Assembly (NCBI GenBank): GCA_013115145.1 | Contig: JAAPAO010000075.1 | Coordinates: 25,518-89,517, forward strand | Direction: 5' to 3' | Length of the DNA stretch: 64,000 bases | From: Perkinsus chesapeaki ATCC PRA-425 | Taxonomy: Eukaryota > Protista > Perkinsozoa | In this document: positions 34,446-46,736 of the stretch, one piece after another | How positions within the stretch are numbered: position 1 is the stretch's first letter | Layout of the letters: each line of letters starts with the position of its first letter | Program-made: the position numbers and the translations under genes | Notes under the pieces: model-generated | Seen by the model: the letters and a program-made list of their open reading frames with translations, nothing else | Database searches by the model: none | What the model was told of the DNA's origin: nothing

Positions 34446-36898
34446 CTTTACAATATATAAACATTCGCTTCTTTCTCCTTCGGTGTAGATAGCTTCACCC
34501 GGTTTAAACAGCTTGCAAACGACCGACCGGCTCAGCTTCATAATACGGCGGTTAGGCAGCGAACCTTAAAGCACAAAATCAGAGCTATCGGAGAAATACG
34601 TAGAGCTCAAAAACGGCATTCAGCCTCCTATGAGTATATTAGAAAGTGAACTCATTGTAGAGTCAACATGAAAACTAATCTTCTCTCTCTAGCATTCAAG
34701 ATAACCTCCTTTAACTCTCTATTTCTCAACGTCAACGTTAAATGATATAGCCGTATGAAATATACTACTAGTATGATACCATTATATCGGGACCTTCTCG
34801 GCTGGTAGGCTAGCTGGGCCGTTTATGGCTGATCAGCCCACAGCCATACTCCTGCCTGGTCGAAGGAGAAGTGCTGCATTTCAAAAATATATAGACATAT
34901 ATTTCTCATCACAACTCGGTTGTTCACGTTGTAGCGTATGCGTCCAGCATAGCCTAGAGCGTGTAAATGAAAGTACCTGTACCCCATCCCTTAGTACTGG
35001 CAATGTCAATTTTGCTGCCGATAATCCAATAATAAATCCTCTTGAGCATCCTCTCTCTTGTCTGATGCATAACTTCTCTATAAACCAACGCATCCATTTC
35101 AACCTACTAAGAAAGCGGCTAACAAGCCCTCCTATATAGGACAAGATATAACCGAAGTTGGGTAGAAAGCCAATGCCAGCCGCAGCAGCAGCCTAGTGAG
35201 GCCCCTCTTCACAGCACACTCCATAATTTAATATAAATTAAAAGTTTTCCGTTCGTCGTCCTGTACTACGAGCTACGCTACAGTGTGAGAGTAACTGTTG
35301 AATGAACCAGACAAGTGAGTCTAAAAAGCTCCTCCCCGCATGACAATAATAAATAAATTGTAATCTAATTTAAAGTCGAAGAGGTTCGCCTAGGATGGCC
35401 TACAACATTACCACTCTCGATGACTTAGTGACCACCGCTTCCGCCTTCCTAGTACGATCACCAGATTCCAGAGCCAGCTCTCCAAATAACATCCCTGGTG
35501 ACACCGAATCAACCTAATATGAATCTTTTCCATACGACCATCAACTTTCACTACTTTCAGCCCGCCGGCCAATATGGTGACTTGTCCAGACATCAAAAGG
35601 TATCTTGAAACCACGATCAAACGAAAGTACGGTATGAGCTATCTCTCACACTAGGGACGCCGTTTCCCCTCTCTGAAAGAGCTTATATCCTTTTGGATAA
35701 AGCCTAATATGAGAATGCTTCATTAACGTCCGCAGGCCTGCTTCATCTAAGCCATTCAACTCATCGTTGTTGCGCATTGCTCGAGATAATACAATCTAAG
35801 CAACAACTGAGGGTCCAGATAGATCCATACTAGACAGGATACTAAAATACACCCGGAAGATGCAAGACCCAAAAGGGGGGGCACTGCAAGACGCAATAAA
35901 GAAGAGCTAAACGTATTACAAAACCGCAACGATTCAGTTACACAAATGAAACGAATGGTTACCCTTGCCCTCGAACGGAGCGTAACTCGATGAACCAGGC
36001 CGAGGTGATGGATTAAAGCCCTCTGATAGGGCGGCCTCCCAAACGCACCCCAACGTATTTCCGCGTTTAATGGTTCACTGCTTATCTATTTCGATTACCT
36101 CCTTTGAAAAGTCCGTGCTGAGTTGGGTTAGGTCCAAAACGCTCTTACAGAACCTTGGAAAACACAGCCTAAAGGGGAGCATTGTTCAAAATAGAACTGC
36201 CACTTCCACTACTTGAAGTCGCGCCGTTCGGCAAGCCATTCGGGGATGATATCGTCATTTGCAGTGAAGAACTTCTTACCGCCGAAGAAGTCAATGGTTG
36301 TATCGGAGTAGTCCTGAGAAGAAATTTACAGCTAGAGGTGTCAGAAAATATCACCTCAGGTTTCATTCTATTAGAAGAGAAGAGCCGCTGATACATCCGG
36401 CCAGTACTGAAAGATACTCCTACTTTGGAACCTATAAAGATCCAGTATAATATAGAGGGATGAGCTGGCCTTGTGTTACCGCCGATTCTGGTCCTTCTAT
36501 TGGTATGAATAAAATGATTCGTCTTATTTTCGATTAAACATTCGGATGCTGAATTCTTCATTGCATTAGAGATATCTTGCGCTGAGTCCAAGTCGAACAG
36601 CGCATCTTCGTTTGTCGCTCGCCAGAAAATCTACACAACTCGTGCGGCGCGTCGCGTTTCCACGAAACCGGTTTCGGAAATCAAAACCAGTTTAATGAAC
36701 GAGCCGTGGGAAAGCAAACTACAAGTCGCTGTATTGAACACGGGGTTACGCTTTTTGTATCTATTTCATTGTCATTGGTACCTAATCTGTACCATTATTA
36801 TCATTTGTATATCCTGTATCATGACTATTCCTCTTCGGATCTGAAAGACATATAAGTGGTTGGTCGTAATGGCCCAACAATTCTAAAGTAGTCGACAT

Positions 36899-36979
36899 TT
36901 AAATTATAGCAAGGATTAATCCTTGCTATAATTTAATTGCATCGATACTATCTCATACTATGAGATAGTATCAATGCAA
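36899..36979. repeat. Two abutting long palindromes (38-bp perfect; 43-bp near-perfect)
   Basis: 36899-36936 has 19-bp arms and no loop. 36937-36979 has 14-bp perfect arms around one C, extended by TTGCAT/ATGCAA after one mismatch. Confidence 0.95.
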
Positions 36980-39617
36980 CCCAACAATGACTAATAGTTC
37001 TCATCACGATATAACCGTCATGGTGTAGTATCCCCTTTAACAGCCGTTTCATTTTTGGAGGACTTGGTATAGTTCAATAGAGCTAATTGAACGATTGGTC
37101 GGTGATCGAGAGTTAGTGAGATAGTATTGCTGTAGACAACTGTGCTCAAGGTTCTTTCGTTGGATTTCCTGCTTGATCGTTGATTCGGCTCTGATCTACC
37201 TTTCTGGGATGAGAAGTACTCCGATGACGACTCAGGCCACTTGAAGTTTTTTACGGTGCGCCATTTCGGAACATGACAAGATATACTGAAGCCTTCAGAA
37301 GGTGCTGCATAGTAGACTTTTTGCGGCGTAAGATGTCTGCAACATGGTCTTGAAGCTCAAGCTGGTTCGTTATGTACCAGGTTTGTGACCCCTCGGCAGA
37401 ATCACATTTGTTGCTTGAGTGTTACTCTGTACACGTTCCCGTCTGGACTCCTCAATTTCCTATCCCCATGTTAGGTATACTCGTATTCGTGACGCTGGTT
37501 AGTCACTTGTGTGAAGTATAATGCCGTTATCAGGCTGATAGGACTCCCTGTCATCGGAAAATGCAGTTGTGTCTAGCTGGAAATTGCTATCCAAGATATG
37601 AGATTTGGGAATCACATTTCGTCTCAGTCTATCTGATTTTATTGTACACGCAATCCTGATGTCGTGGAACGCACAATCTTGGTGCGCCCCCAGGAAACAT
37701 GGAAGATGATGAGCTGATCAAGATGGTCGAAGATGATTCTGTGTTGTAGCCAAAGCTAGGCTTAAGTCATTATATTATTATTCTTCGAGATATCAGTACT
37801 GGAGATTGCATCTTCTTCATCTCCAGTACTGTGTTGATATTACTTAGATAATAATTCCACAGTTCATTATTTCATTCCGGCGGTCGATGACATATATAAC
37901 CTCATCAGGTGATTCATTCAAGAGTTAAACTATCATACAGTAGTTCGGGTAGCCCACAACCCAGTCTATTGCTGTGCTGATCTTGTATTGGTTGTTTTCG
38001 GCTCAGTAATTTACTGTAGCTTAATAATAGTAAACTACAAAAGCAAGTGAGGGTCATTACCTAGCACTTTGCAAATTGCGGTATGACACGCCAGTAGCAA
38101 AGGCGTGCCGATTGTATGGGAATTTGACAGAGGTCCTGACTTTCATCAAAAGAAGTCCGTATGGATAATGATCATTTTGAGGTACCGACCTATGATCCCA
38201 TGATCACGGTCATCGTCTTTACCACATCCTTGAACAAACGACCTATTTGATGCATTACATTAGCGGACTTTTAGTAACGCGGCTCGCAGAAGGTATAATA
38301 GAGCATTGGTCCGGCCAACGACTACGAGAAGTACGCCCTTCAATCGCGGCCCTTACCCTGCTATATGCAATACGAAGCAAAGGCTGTGGGAGTTCCACAG
38401 CGGATTCCAGTATGTAACCCGATGATGCGGCTCATTCGGTGGGCTCGAAACTCGCAGACCGTGAGTCGGTGTGAGGACGATGATAAATTCTTCCATGACG
38501 ACTTGATGGTGCGGAGCGTCATATCAGAGGTCCGTACTACGTGCTCCGTAGGTGAGAAGTCCGTGAGCAAGGGTTGAGCAGGGTTGTGGTGACGGACGCA
38601 CAGGGCCAATTTTTAAAGGTTAAGTATTACCCGAGAACTTACATCTTACCTTTACTGGTAAATCATATATTCTATCCAAACTAAAAAAACGAGGGGCGGA
38701 CCGGCACAAATGGTAGTGTGACGGTGACACGCGGGAACCCATGTCGGAAACCCTCGGTTTCAAACCGAAATCCGACGGAAAATCGATCAGGGCGGCGGGC
38801 TCGACCAACGGTGACGTGCGCAGCAGCACGGCTCTAGGTCAAGATATTGGGGTCTGAGTAGGTGTTCTTTGGGACTCGCAAAAAGGAGGGAAGCGTCATG
38901 GTTGAACTCGCTACACGTATTGGGGTCATCTACCATGAAGAAATGGAAAAACTAACGGCTAGTTATGATTTACGCTGCAGAAAATGCATTTTCGAAACTG
39001 ATGCTCGCGGCGCGTCACACCCTATGGCTTCGTGGGACCCTCTCCACTCCGCCCATGATCACAATCGGGGAACACCCTTTGATAGCGGAAAACGCTACTC
39101 GATTTCTTCTTCGGTTACCAGCTATACCTCTTCAAGAGGTCCTCTTGCTACCTCTGGTTGTAGTCAAGAATACACTGCGCAACAAAACTTTAGAATCGCT
39201 CTTGAATCTCTCTTCGGCAAATTTCAAGCAAAGGCCCGCTAACCATAAGTTGGAATGGAGAGCTTTGTTACTGTTCGGCACAGTCCGGAGACATGTCACG
39301 TTTTTTCTATCACTTTTTAACACATTCTGCATGGCCGCCTCAAGTTGCGCATTACCATGCTCGCGCATCATGTGTTTTTCGATTGTACATCTCGGCTTTC
39401 AACTAGCCCTGACCGCAGCCCCGGACTGTGACGCCGTTAGTAACGGCCCGTTACCGCCAGTTGGTCAGTATCAGGTACCCTCGCTCGATATTGTGCTTGC
39501 GTACAACTTTGGCACCGCCAAATACGCCGATGTACGCATGTACAACATCCGGCAATTCCCTCGTAGCCTGAGGGTTCTGCTTAAATTGAGAAGCTTGTAG
39601 CAGTGCTAGAGTTTAGT

Positions 39618-40747
39618 ATGATGCCTATCCTCGGTCTACTTGTCGTTCTGCCACTGGTAGCAAGTTACACGTTCTACAAAGGACTCAATCGCCCATGGGT
39701 CGAATTGGAACATCCCAGATGTTTCAACCAGACAGAATGCCCCTACAAGGTTAACTATACTTGGGACTTCTATTTCACCAACCTCACTGGCCAGGGAGTG
39801 GTAAACTTCGCTCTCGGTGGATACACCATCATTAACAGCGAGATCGTGGTTGGTTTAGCCCCCGAGTATCCCCCGTGGGATCCGAAGGCCTTCCATAAGT
39901 TACGAACTATGGTATCTGCGAAGAATGGGTCTATTCTGGTCGACCTCGGAGCCTACATGGATATCCAGTTCAACGAGACTTTATTCTTGTCCAGTATTTC
40001 TAGCTTTTTAGGCACGTATAAAGTCGATGGCTTCATTGTTCGTTTATCACCCTACAATATGGATAACATTATGAACCTAACCAAAGTGGTGCACGCCTTT
40101 TCGAAGAGCAGCGTTGCCGCGTTGGGGTGGGCACCCAGTCCGAGTCAGAGTCTCTGACTTCCTTCCCGGCTATTTCACATCAACTTCCGTTCAGGTTCGG
40201 ATCTTCTTATTGGCAAGAGGTCAAGAAAGCGAAATTGACAGAACACGCGAGGATGAGTTTCGTTTCATTATTTCCAAACGATAAGGGTGATACTGCGACC
40301 TTCAATACAGTAGAGTATGCCGAAAGAGTCATTAAGAACGCCACTTCGGCTGGCGTGGCTAACAGTTCTTTAGTTGTGGAGGTAAGTTGAACCCGTTCAT
40401 GTATTAATCGAATTATTATACAGATACCTCTTTTGGCTCGATCAAATTACGGCTCTGATGACGTCGGATACTCAAGCATGATATACGACTTTAATGCCGA
40501 TCCCTACGGCAATGGTACCGTGGTGGTCAACGCCACTACCGGTGACATGTATTATTTTATTTCTCAAAGTCAAGCAGTTGTACGAGGCCAACTCAGTCCT
40601 GCCTTTCATTTACACGGTGTTATGCTACAAGCAAACCAAGAGTTTCAAGAGGACCTTTACCCGTGGGATGAGAGATCTATTTGTTACGGCTTAGCCCATA
40701 CTATGGGCCCACAGATGATAAATTGTTCAGAAAGAAGTGAAAAGTGA
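39618..40747 (+). CDS. Secreted GH18 chitinase-like protein lacking the DxDxE motif, spliced
   Basis: Signal peptide; GVVNFALGGY, ILVDLG, and YKVDGFIVRL in place of FDGxDxDxE; IPLLARS; YSSMIYDFNADPYGNG; LHGVML. Two short GT-AG introns. Confidence 0.65.
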
Positions 40748-40984
40748 CAATCGTATTTCATCTCACTATGAATGTTCGCCGGTATTCATCACATCGGTTT
40801 TTTCGCCCTCAAGATGTCAGGGCTTAGCTTTCATTTACGCTGGGTATAGTTGTGTTTCTGTTGTGTTGTCAATATATCCGATAAAGTTAGACCACTGAGC
40901 TGGCTCACCTATTTGTAGAGAACAGCAGATTGGCGGCGGCCTCTTATCCGTTCCATAGGTGGGACGTCACAAGGCTTGCTGCGC

Positions 40985-41521
40985 GGCCACCGCCTGGGAT
41001 CCGCTTACTTTGAAGGAACGCTTGAAGGTGATTCATGCTCTCGACTGCTGGACAGTGTTTAGGAGAGCAAGATTCCATTTGGAAGCTCGTCGAAGTTGGT
41101 ACTTGATGCTCTAAAAGCGTTCAAGATTGTGAAGGACAAGTGCTTCGGGTTGACAAGAGAGGAGGGATGGAAGGAGGCCATCACTGCTTCCCGTGAAGCA
41201 TGGGTGAAGACGGGCTTATCGTGGACCCTGAAAGCCCATATCGTATGCGATCATACTCAGGAGTTTCTGGAGAAGTTTGAGCCGGTCGCTGGCGCAGGTC
41301 TTTCACTTTCCAGTGAGCAGTCGGGTGAAGCTCTGCACGCTCGGTTGCAACGCGTGTGGAACCTTCGCATCCGGATTAACCCCGACAATGAGCAATACGG
41401 CCAACGTTTGGTTGACTGTATGGTCGCTTACAACTGGAACTTACAATGGGATGAAGCTGCTCGCTTCAAGGCGAGGGCCAACAGTACCGCCAGTCATCCA
41501 TACGATGATTCCAGCAGCTAG
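40985..41521 (+). pseudogene. C-terminal fragment of a Chapaev/Transib (CMC/RAG1-related) DDE transposase
   Basis: In one frame: FEGTLEGDSCSRLL, a TAG at 41060-41062, then TLKAHIVCDH...GLSLSSEQSGEALH, matching the K-x-H and SEQxxExxH catalytic-Glu region. Confidence 0.6.
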
Positions 41522-41860
41522 AGCTCACCAAGTGGCGGTGTCGAGTGATACAACTTGGTATACTATATATTATGATCAGCTGCAGCTATTAAGCTATTAT
41601 ATTGCGTTGTCACCAACCCAAAACTTGGGTCTAGTACGGTATGCGTGCGCAGGCACGTAGTAAAAAGCGCGCAGAGTTTTGGGCGAGCGAAATTTCATAT
41701 AAAAAAACGTTTGAAACGGCGTGACATATATATTCTGAATCCCCGTAATTTTGTCTATCAGGCAGTATAGTTAGTTTTTTGTAAGAATTTTTCTCACTTC
41801 AGCCCCACCAAAACATACCCGTGCGGGGTAACCCACCTGATCCAGTTACTGGGCTCCAGT

Positions 41861-42519
41861 ATAATTACGTCCAGTGGGCAGTTAATCCATTCTTATTTCA
41901 CCCATTGCTCTTTTATCTACTACCACTTCGTCCATCTCGCTTCGGCCAGCCGAGTGCGCCCACCGCGCGCCATTGTCTTTTAAGCCACTACCACTTCACC
42001 CATTCGCATAACGCCCACTTCTCACTCCGTCCACCGAATTTTTCAACATGTCACCGCGAAGCCGCTTAACGGTGACATGTTGAAACGTTCGCCGGCGGCT
42101 TCGCCGCCGACAACCACCATTCTCTTCCCAGGGCCTTCGTCCTAAACCCCTACTGGGATTCGAACCTGGGTCGTTCGGTGGTTATACCACCGGACCTACG
42201 ATGGCTCCAGCAGCTCTTCTGCAGCAGTATCTTTCTGATGTTTTGATACGAGTGCACTTGATAAAGTTACGTGTAGTGATAGTATGGCCGTGGTTGCCAA
42301 GAGTTGAATCATACTGTGAAGTTTTCTCCTAAATGCTCCACCACAGTTGAGTTGAAGTGGGACTAATACAATGGGATGAAATGGTACTGGACGAAAACCT
42401 TTGAAACGCTTTTCTCTTCTGAAACGACAGCAAAGCTGCCAGGCTGGATGAAATAACGATGGATTAACAGAGAAGAGAAAATGACACCACCGGATCAACT
42501 GGCCACTGGACGTAATTAT
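41861..42519. mobile_element. Putative MITE: 28-bp terminal inverted repeats with internal hairpin and tRNA relic
   Basis: ATAATTACGTCCAGTGGGCAGTTAATCC (41861-41888) vs reverse complement of 42492-42519, 26/28 identical. Internal 16-bp-arm hairpin at 42041-42085. Confidence 0.5.
42147..42205 (-). pseudogene. Internally deleted tRNA (Glu-like) relic
   Basis: Minus strand GCCATCGTAGGTCCGGTGGTATAAC-CACCGAACGACCCAGGTTCGAATCCCAGTAGGGG has A-box-like and B-box parts, but the 5' half of the anticodon arm is missing. Confidence 0.5.
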
Positions 42520-44094
42520 GCTGCATCAGATGACACACACCCGTGTGGAGCATCATAACGGTGGATATAAGGTTGTTAGATTGCAAGAGTAGCTGGAACT
42601 GTCCGTGCACATGAAATCGGTCCAGAGGGCCTTGTGATACTTGTGAACGATGCATTAGCTCAAGCAGCTGCGCTCAACGAATCTCAACTTCCCAGGCTTT
42701 AGCTCATAGCCTCCACGACTGGACTTTCGGTGTTACTATTCCAGAATGCATCGGCAAAGGAATAAGTATGTGTGCCTAGGCACCGTTGAGCCTAAACTGT
42801 CACGGGGCTTGGAGCGCCGGAGTCCCGCGCAAAGGCCAAGCGGCAGTGAACTAGAATGGGCCAGGATGATGGGCTAGAATGAGTTAGATGGGCCAGGATA
42901 ATATTTGTCGGTTAAAACGTACTTCCAGCCCCCTGACAACTGATAATTGAGGTGAACCTCCCGCTCAGAAGGATCTGCCGGATTCGGAGTCGAAGTTGGA
43001 ATGCCTCCACTGGCCAGACACTCAGTATTTGTACTACATCTGAGCCGCGCACAGTGTACCGCTTCGGATGTTGCATGGTGCACTAGGCCAGGTCCTGACT
43101 TCACATTTGTGCATGGGTGTTTTGTTGTGTCCTTACCTCTTCAAAAAGTACGGAAACTTTAGGAGTCGATCTGGTCGATTTTTCTGCGACTAAGGGAGCG
43201 CAGATGGAGCTTGTGACGACGTATAGCTCGCTCCGCCAGAGCCTTTCACGAGGCGCCAAGAGGCTCCTAACACAAAGGAATCTCCTTGTGTAAAACATCT
43301 CATCACTCCCTTGGTCACAATGCTCACTCCTTATACTCGGTGATAGTTAATCGCCAGCTCAGAAGTTGCAGCAATATTCTCGTAGCCTCTCAAGATCGGG
43401 CCGTATTATCACCGTCTCCTGAGGCATTGAGAAGGATGCGCATTTGTGAGGGCTCGTTTGCAGTGCGGATTCCACACAAGGGCTCTCAGAGCATGAACCA
43501 CCTTTTACATACAGAGCTTCGGGCGAGTTTTGAAAGGGGGAACAACTCGCTAGTCCTCACGGATGAGTATCTAGTTTCGCACGATGCGACATGTACTCAT
43601 CAGTGGGTTCGATTTATGATCGCCGGATCAGGCGTGGCAGCGCCACGGTGGCGCCGCACAGGCACAAGCGACACAAGGATTTGCTAGTAACTATCTTCAG
43701 CCTAGCAACTATACATCACACCAAAAGGCACGCGTACGTCAAGACCAGGACTCACAATGTGGATTTCCTGTACTTGCGTAGAGTGTGAAGCTTACTTCAC
43801 TGACACATCCGCTGCCGTTGTGACCGTGTATGCACGTACCGTGATTCAGCGCGAAACGTTCCTTAAGCACAATTTCCTCGGAGTCTCCGAGTTAGAGATG
43901 CAATATCAGTTTTTTTCCAGAATCACACAGACGGGGGGAGCGATGCTCGCCTCTCGTGTCAGATGGTTGGACAAATGACTGTAGTTGGGTACAGGGTCCG
44001 CGCGAGGGAAGACTGATTTAATAGCGATTAAACTATAATTTCTTGCTGTGATTCTTGACAGAGTATTAGGTATCTTCGTACTGAAGTCTCATAA

Positions 44095-45025
44095 ATGTGG
44101 TATCGCTGCCTCTATCCGACCTGCCTTCTCATTTCGGTTATTGCCTTCATGAACAACGAAGGAGCTGGAATCAGCAAGCCAGCCAGCCGGCCAGTCAATG
44201 ACCCCCTCTATAAGCAGCAAGCATCCTACTTGAAAGCTATCAATGTTCCCGCAGCATGGAGACGCCTGACTTCGACAAGGGTAAAGAGGAAAAAGGTTAC
44301 CGTAGCTCTAATCGATACCGGAGTTAAGCCTGACCATCCGGACCTAGTCGGTAACCTCGTCACTGGTTATAATGTCATAAGACACAACACTAACACTAGT
44401 GACCCGAATGGACATGGTACACACATGGCTGGTGTCTTTGGTGCTACTATTAATAACTCTGTCGGTATAGCTGGTGTCATGGACCTTGTTAACATCATGC
44501 CTATTTCTGTAGAAGAAACCTATTCTGGTGCCGCCCAGGTTGCCGCATTGGATTACGCTATTCGCAATAAAGGAGGAAGAAATATTAAGATAATACTTAT
44601 GGCTATTTCAGGCCCGACATTAAGACCGGAGGTAGCTGATAAGATCGATGAGGCCTGATTCATACCCATCTGAACAACAGATGGGTATGTTGTGTGTTAC
44701 GGGGACAGAACAGTCCAAGATGAAGTTGGGCCACTTCTCGGACTTTGCGGATTATGTGGACATCGCGGCGCCAGGGGTTGAGATTATGGCTCCCACAGTA
44801 AAGGTGCCTTATGCAGTCTCCAATGGAACTTCACCATCAGCCGCGATCGTCGCTGGTGTGGCTGCAATGCTCTACAGTCTTGCTCCTGATCTAACACCTG
44901 CTGATGTTAAGAAGATTCTCAAAGACACATCCACAAAAGGTCTCAAAGATTATTCTGGGAAGACTACTCTTGCATTCGGACGAGTTGATGCCGATAAGGC
45001 TGTAGCGAAGCTGATTCCAAGATAG
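44095..45025 (+). pseudogene. Subtilisin-like S8 serine protease, frameshifted, oxyanion-hole segment missing
   Basis: Signal peptide, IDTG (Asp), NGHGTH (His) and NGTSPS (Ser). The two ORFs change frame near 44655 with no plausible intron, and no AAGN segment is present. Confidence 0.8.
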
Positions 45026-45606
45026 TTAAGAATGTACCTTTGATGAATCTTGTTCCATAAAGATGTCGATGTTTCTAAGGTATAATCCTCATCTTTGGTA
45101 ATGAGGTTAGTTTAACAATGTTCTGAAACAAGTTTAGATGAGCCACTTTATGGTTTCAAACTTCAGTCTTCTATGCTGATTATATGTAAGTGTGTAGTGT
45201 TCCTCAGTACCAACGTTGTATAAGCACGTAATGCTTAAAATGACTCCCTCCTAAGATTTCTCTTCCCGTTGACATTATTAGGCAAGAGAGGTATATGTCA
45301 TGTCGCATAGCCTATCGAAGGCGCTTCGCACGTTACTTCCTGGATTAATCGCGTTCATTCGAATAGGATATCGTTTAAGCAATTATCCCCTCATTTGTCT
45401 CCGCAATGACAAGCTGTGCTGATTGCTAGCATCATGAGGCTCGAGGTTCCCAGCTTCTCTGAAGCTTCCATCCTCTCTAGTCCGTGAGTATCCGAGACCT
45501 ACAGCCTCGTACTTCTGGAATTTGATGTACAAGCATACTATCGGGGCATCTAAGATGCCGCATCTTGCCATTCTACATCCAAGTGACACCTGTACCAACT
45601 GCCAAC

Positions 45607-46611
45607 TCAACAGTCTATAGGGTAATTTTGCACAAACTTCAATCTTTTCGCTTTCGGTGTATCAGCGTCACATTCATCTGAGGAACTACGAGCCTTTCCA
45701 TAGTGTTCGCCCAACATGTCCACTTCCTCGACAGTGCTCGCTTTTCTTATTTCATCGATGCCCTCATCTACCCTTGGAGCCTCCCACCGCCTAGTCATAA
45801 TGCCATGTCCGATCAGCAAGGCATTCTTCTGTGACGCGGTAACTGACTTTCCCTCGTGCACCTCCCGCGACTTGAGGCGAGCTCGGCAGGTCTCCCTCTC
45901 CGTGTCGAGTACGCAAACCCACACCTTCGCACCATACTGTTTAGCAATGTCAATGAAGCCTTGCCGTTGGGATCTGTCCGCGTTAGTGCGATCAACAATG
46001 TCTCTTCCTTCTTGCAAAAGCCGCTCAACTTCTTTTAACGTTTTGTTCTTCGACTTAAGAACGTCTTGACAAACTCGGGTGTATCCCGCAGGTAGAAGGT
46101 AGCGTTTCGACATGGTTGACTTTCCACTCCCCGGAAGGCCACAGAGCATCAGCATCACCGGCGGCGATGACGAGGAGGGCGGCGCTTTCTTTTTCGGCAT
46201 ATGGTCGCCGATCGGGCCCAGCTTCCTCTCCCAAAGCTTAATGGCTTCTTCTGGAGATGGTTTACAATCGCCGATAACTATCAAGGCTTCGACTGTATTC
46301 AGAGGATAACCGAATACCCGAGCCAGGGAGCTAATTCGGCCCTTCGTCGTTGCTAGATTTTCGTTGGTAGATGCCGCAACTACACCTATACGAGATGTCA
46401 TCAAGCGGGCCTCCAACAAGATGCGACGTGCCTCCTCTTCAAGCACGACGTTAGTTGGATGAGCAGCCTCGTCAGAGTCTACAGGACACCCGTGGTGACA
46501 CACAACAGACGTCTCATCCAGCAGGGGAAGTTGGGACCATTTCAATGGCTCTTCAGTAAATGCCAACAAGTGGGGTGCTGGCGGGGGCTTGATGTTTCGG
46601 TGGGGAGGCAT
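45607..46611 (-). CDS. P-loop kinase (AAA_33 / PNKP kinase-like), intronless
   Basis: MLCGLPGSGKST Walker A, RVCQDVL, IVDRTN and CRARLKSR lid motif, plus an unassigned N-terminal region. Confidence 0.85.
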   Translation of the reverse strand: MPPHRNIKPPPAPHLLAFTEEPLKWSQLPLLDETSVVCHHGCPVDSDEAAHPTNVVLEEEARRILLEARLMTSRIGVVAASTNENLATTKGRISSLARVFGYPLNTVEALIVIGDCKPSPEEAIKLWERKLGPIGDHMPKKKAPPSSSSPPVMLMLCGLPGSGKSTMSKRYLLPAGYTRVCQDVLKSKNKTLKEVERLLQEGRDIVDRTNADRSQRQGFIDIAKQYGAKVWVCVLDTERETCRARLKSREVHEGKSVTASQKNALLIGHGIMTRRWEAPRVDEGIDEIRKASTVEEVDMLGEHYGKARSSSDECDADTPKAKRLKFVQNYPIDC

Positions 46612-46736
46612 TCAGCAAGGAAGGGTGAACTGCAGAGATCGATATCTGTGAAGTGGCCGTGATACACTAGATCTTATGAAGAGAAAATGGTACAGAACTG
46701 GACAGAGGAATGGTAAAGCGCCGATATGGGTTAGAG

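Noticed and set aside
33380-34600. Permuted (3'-half-first) tRNA genes
   Set aside because: No GCCTTCA-started 5' half downstream of either repeat copy.
43640-43688. Helitron 3' end (GC hairpin then TTTGCTAGT)
   Set aside because: The hairpin is farther from CTAG than usual, and there is no 5' end or Rep/helicase evidence.
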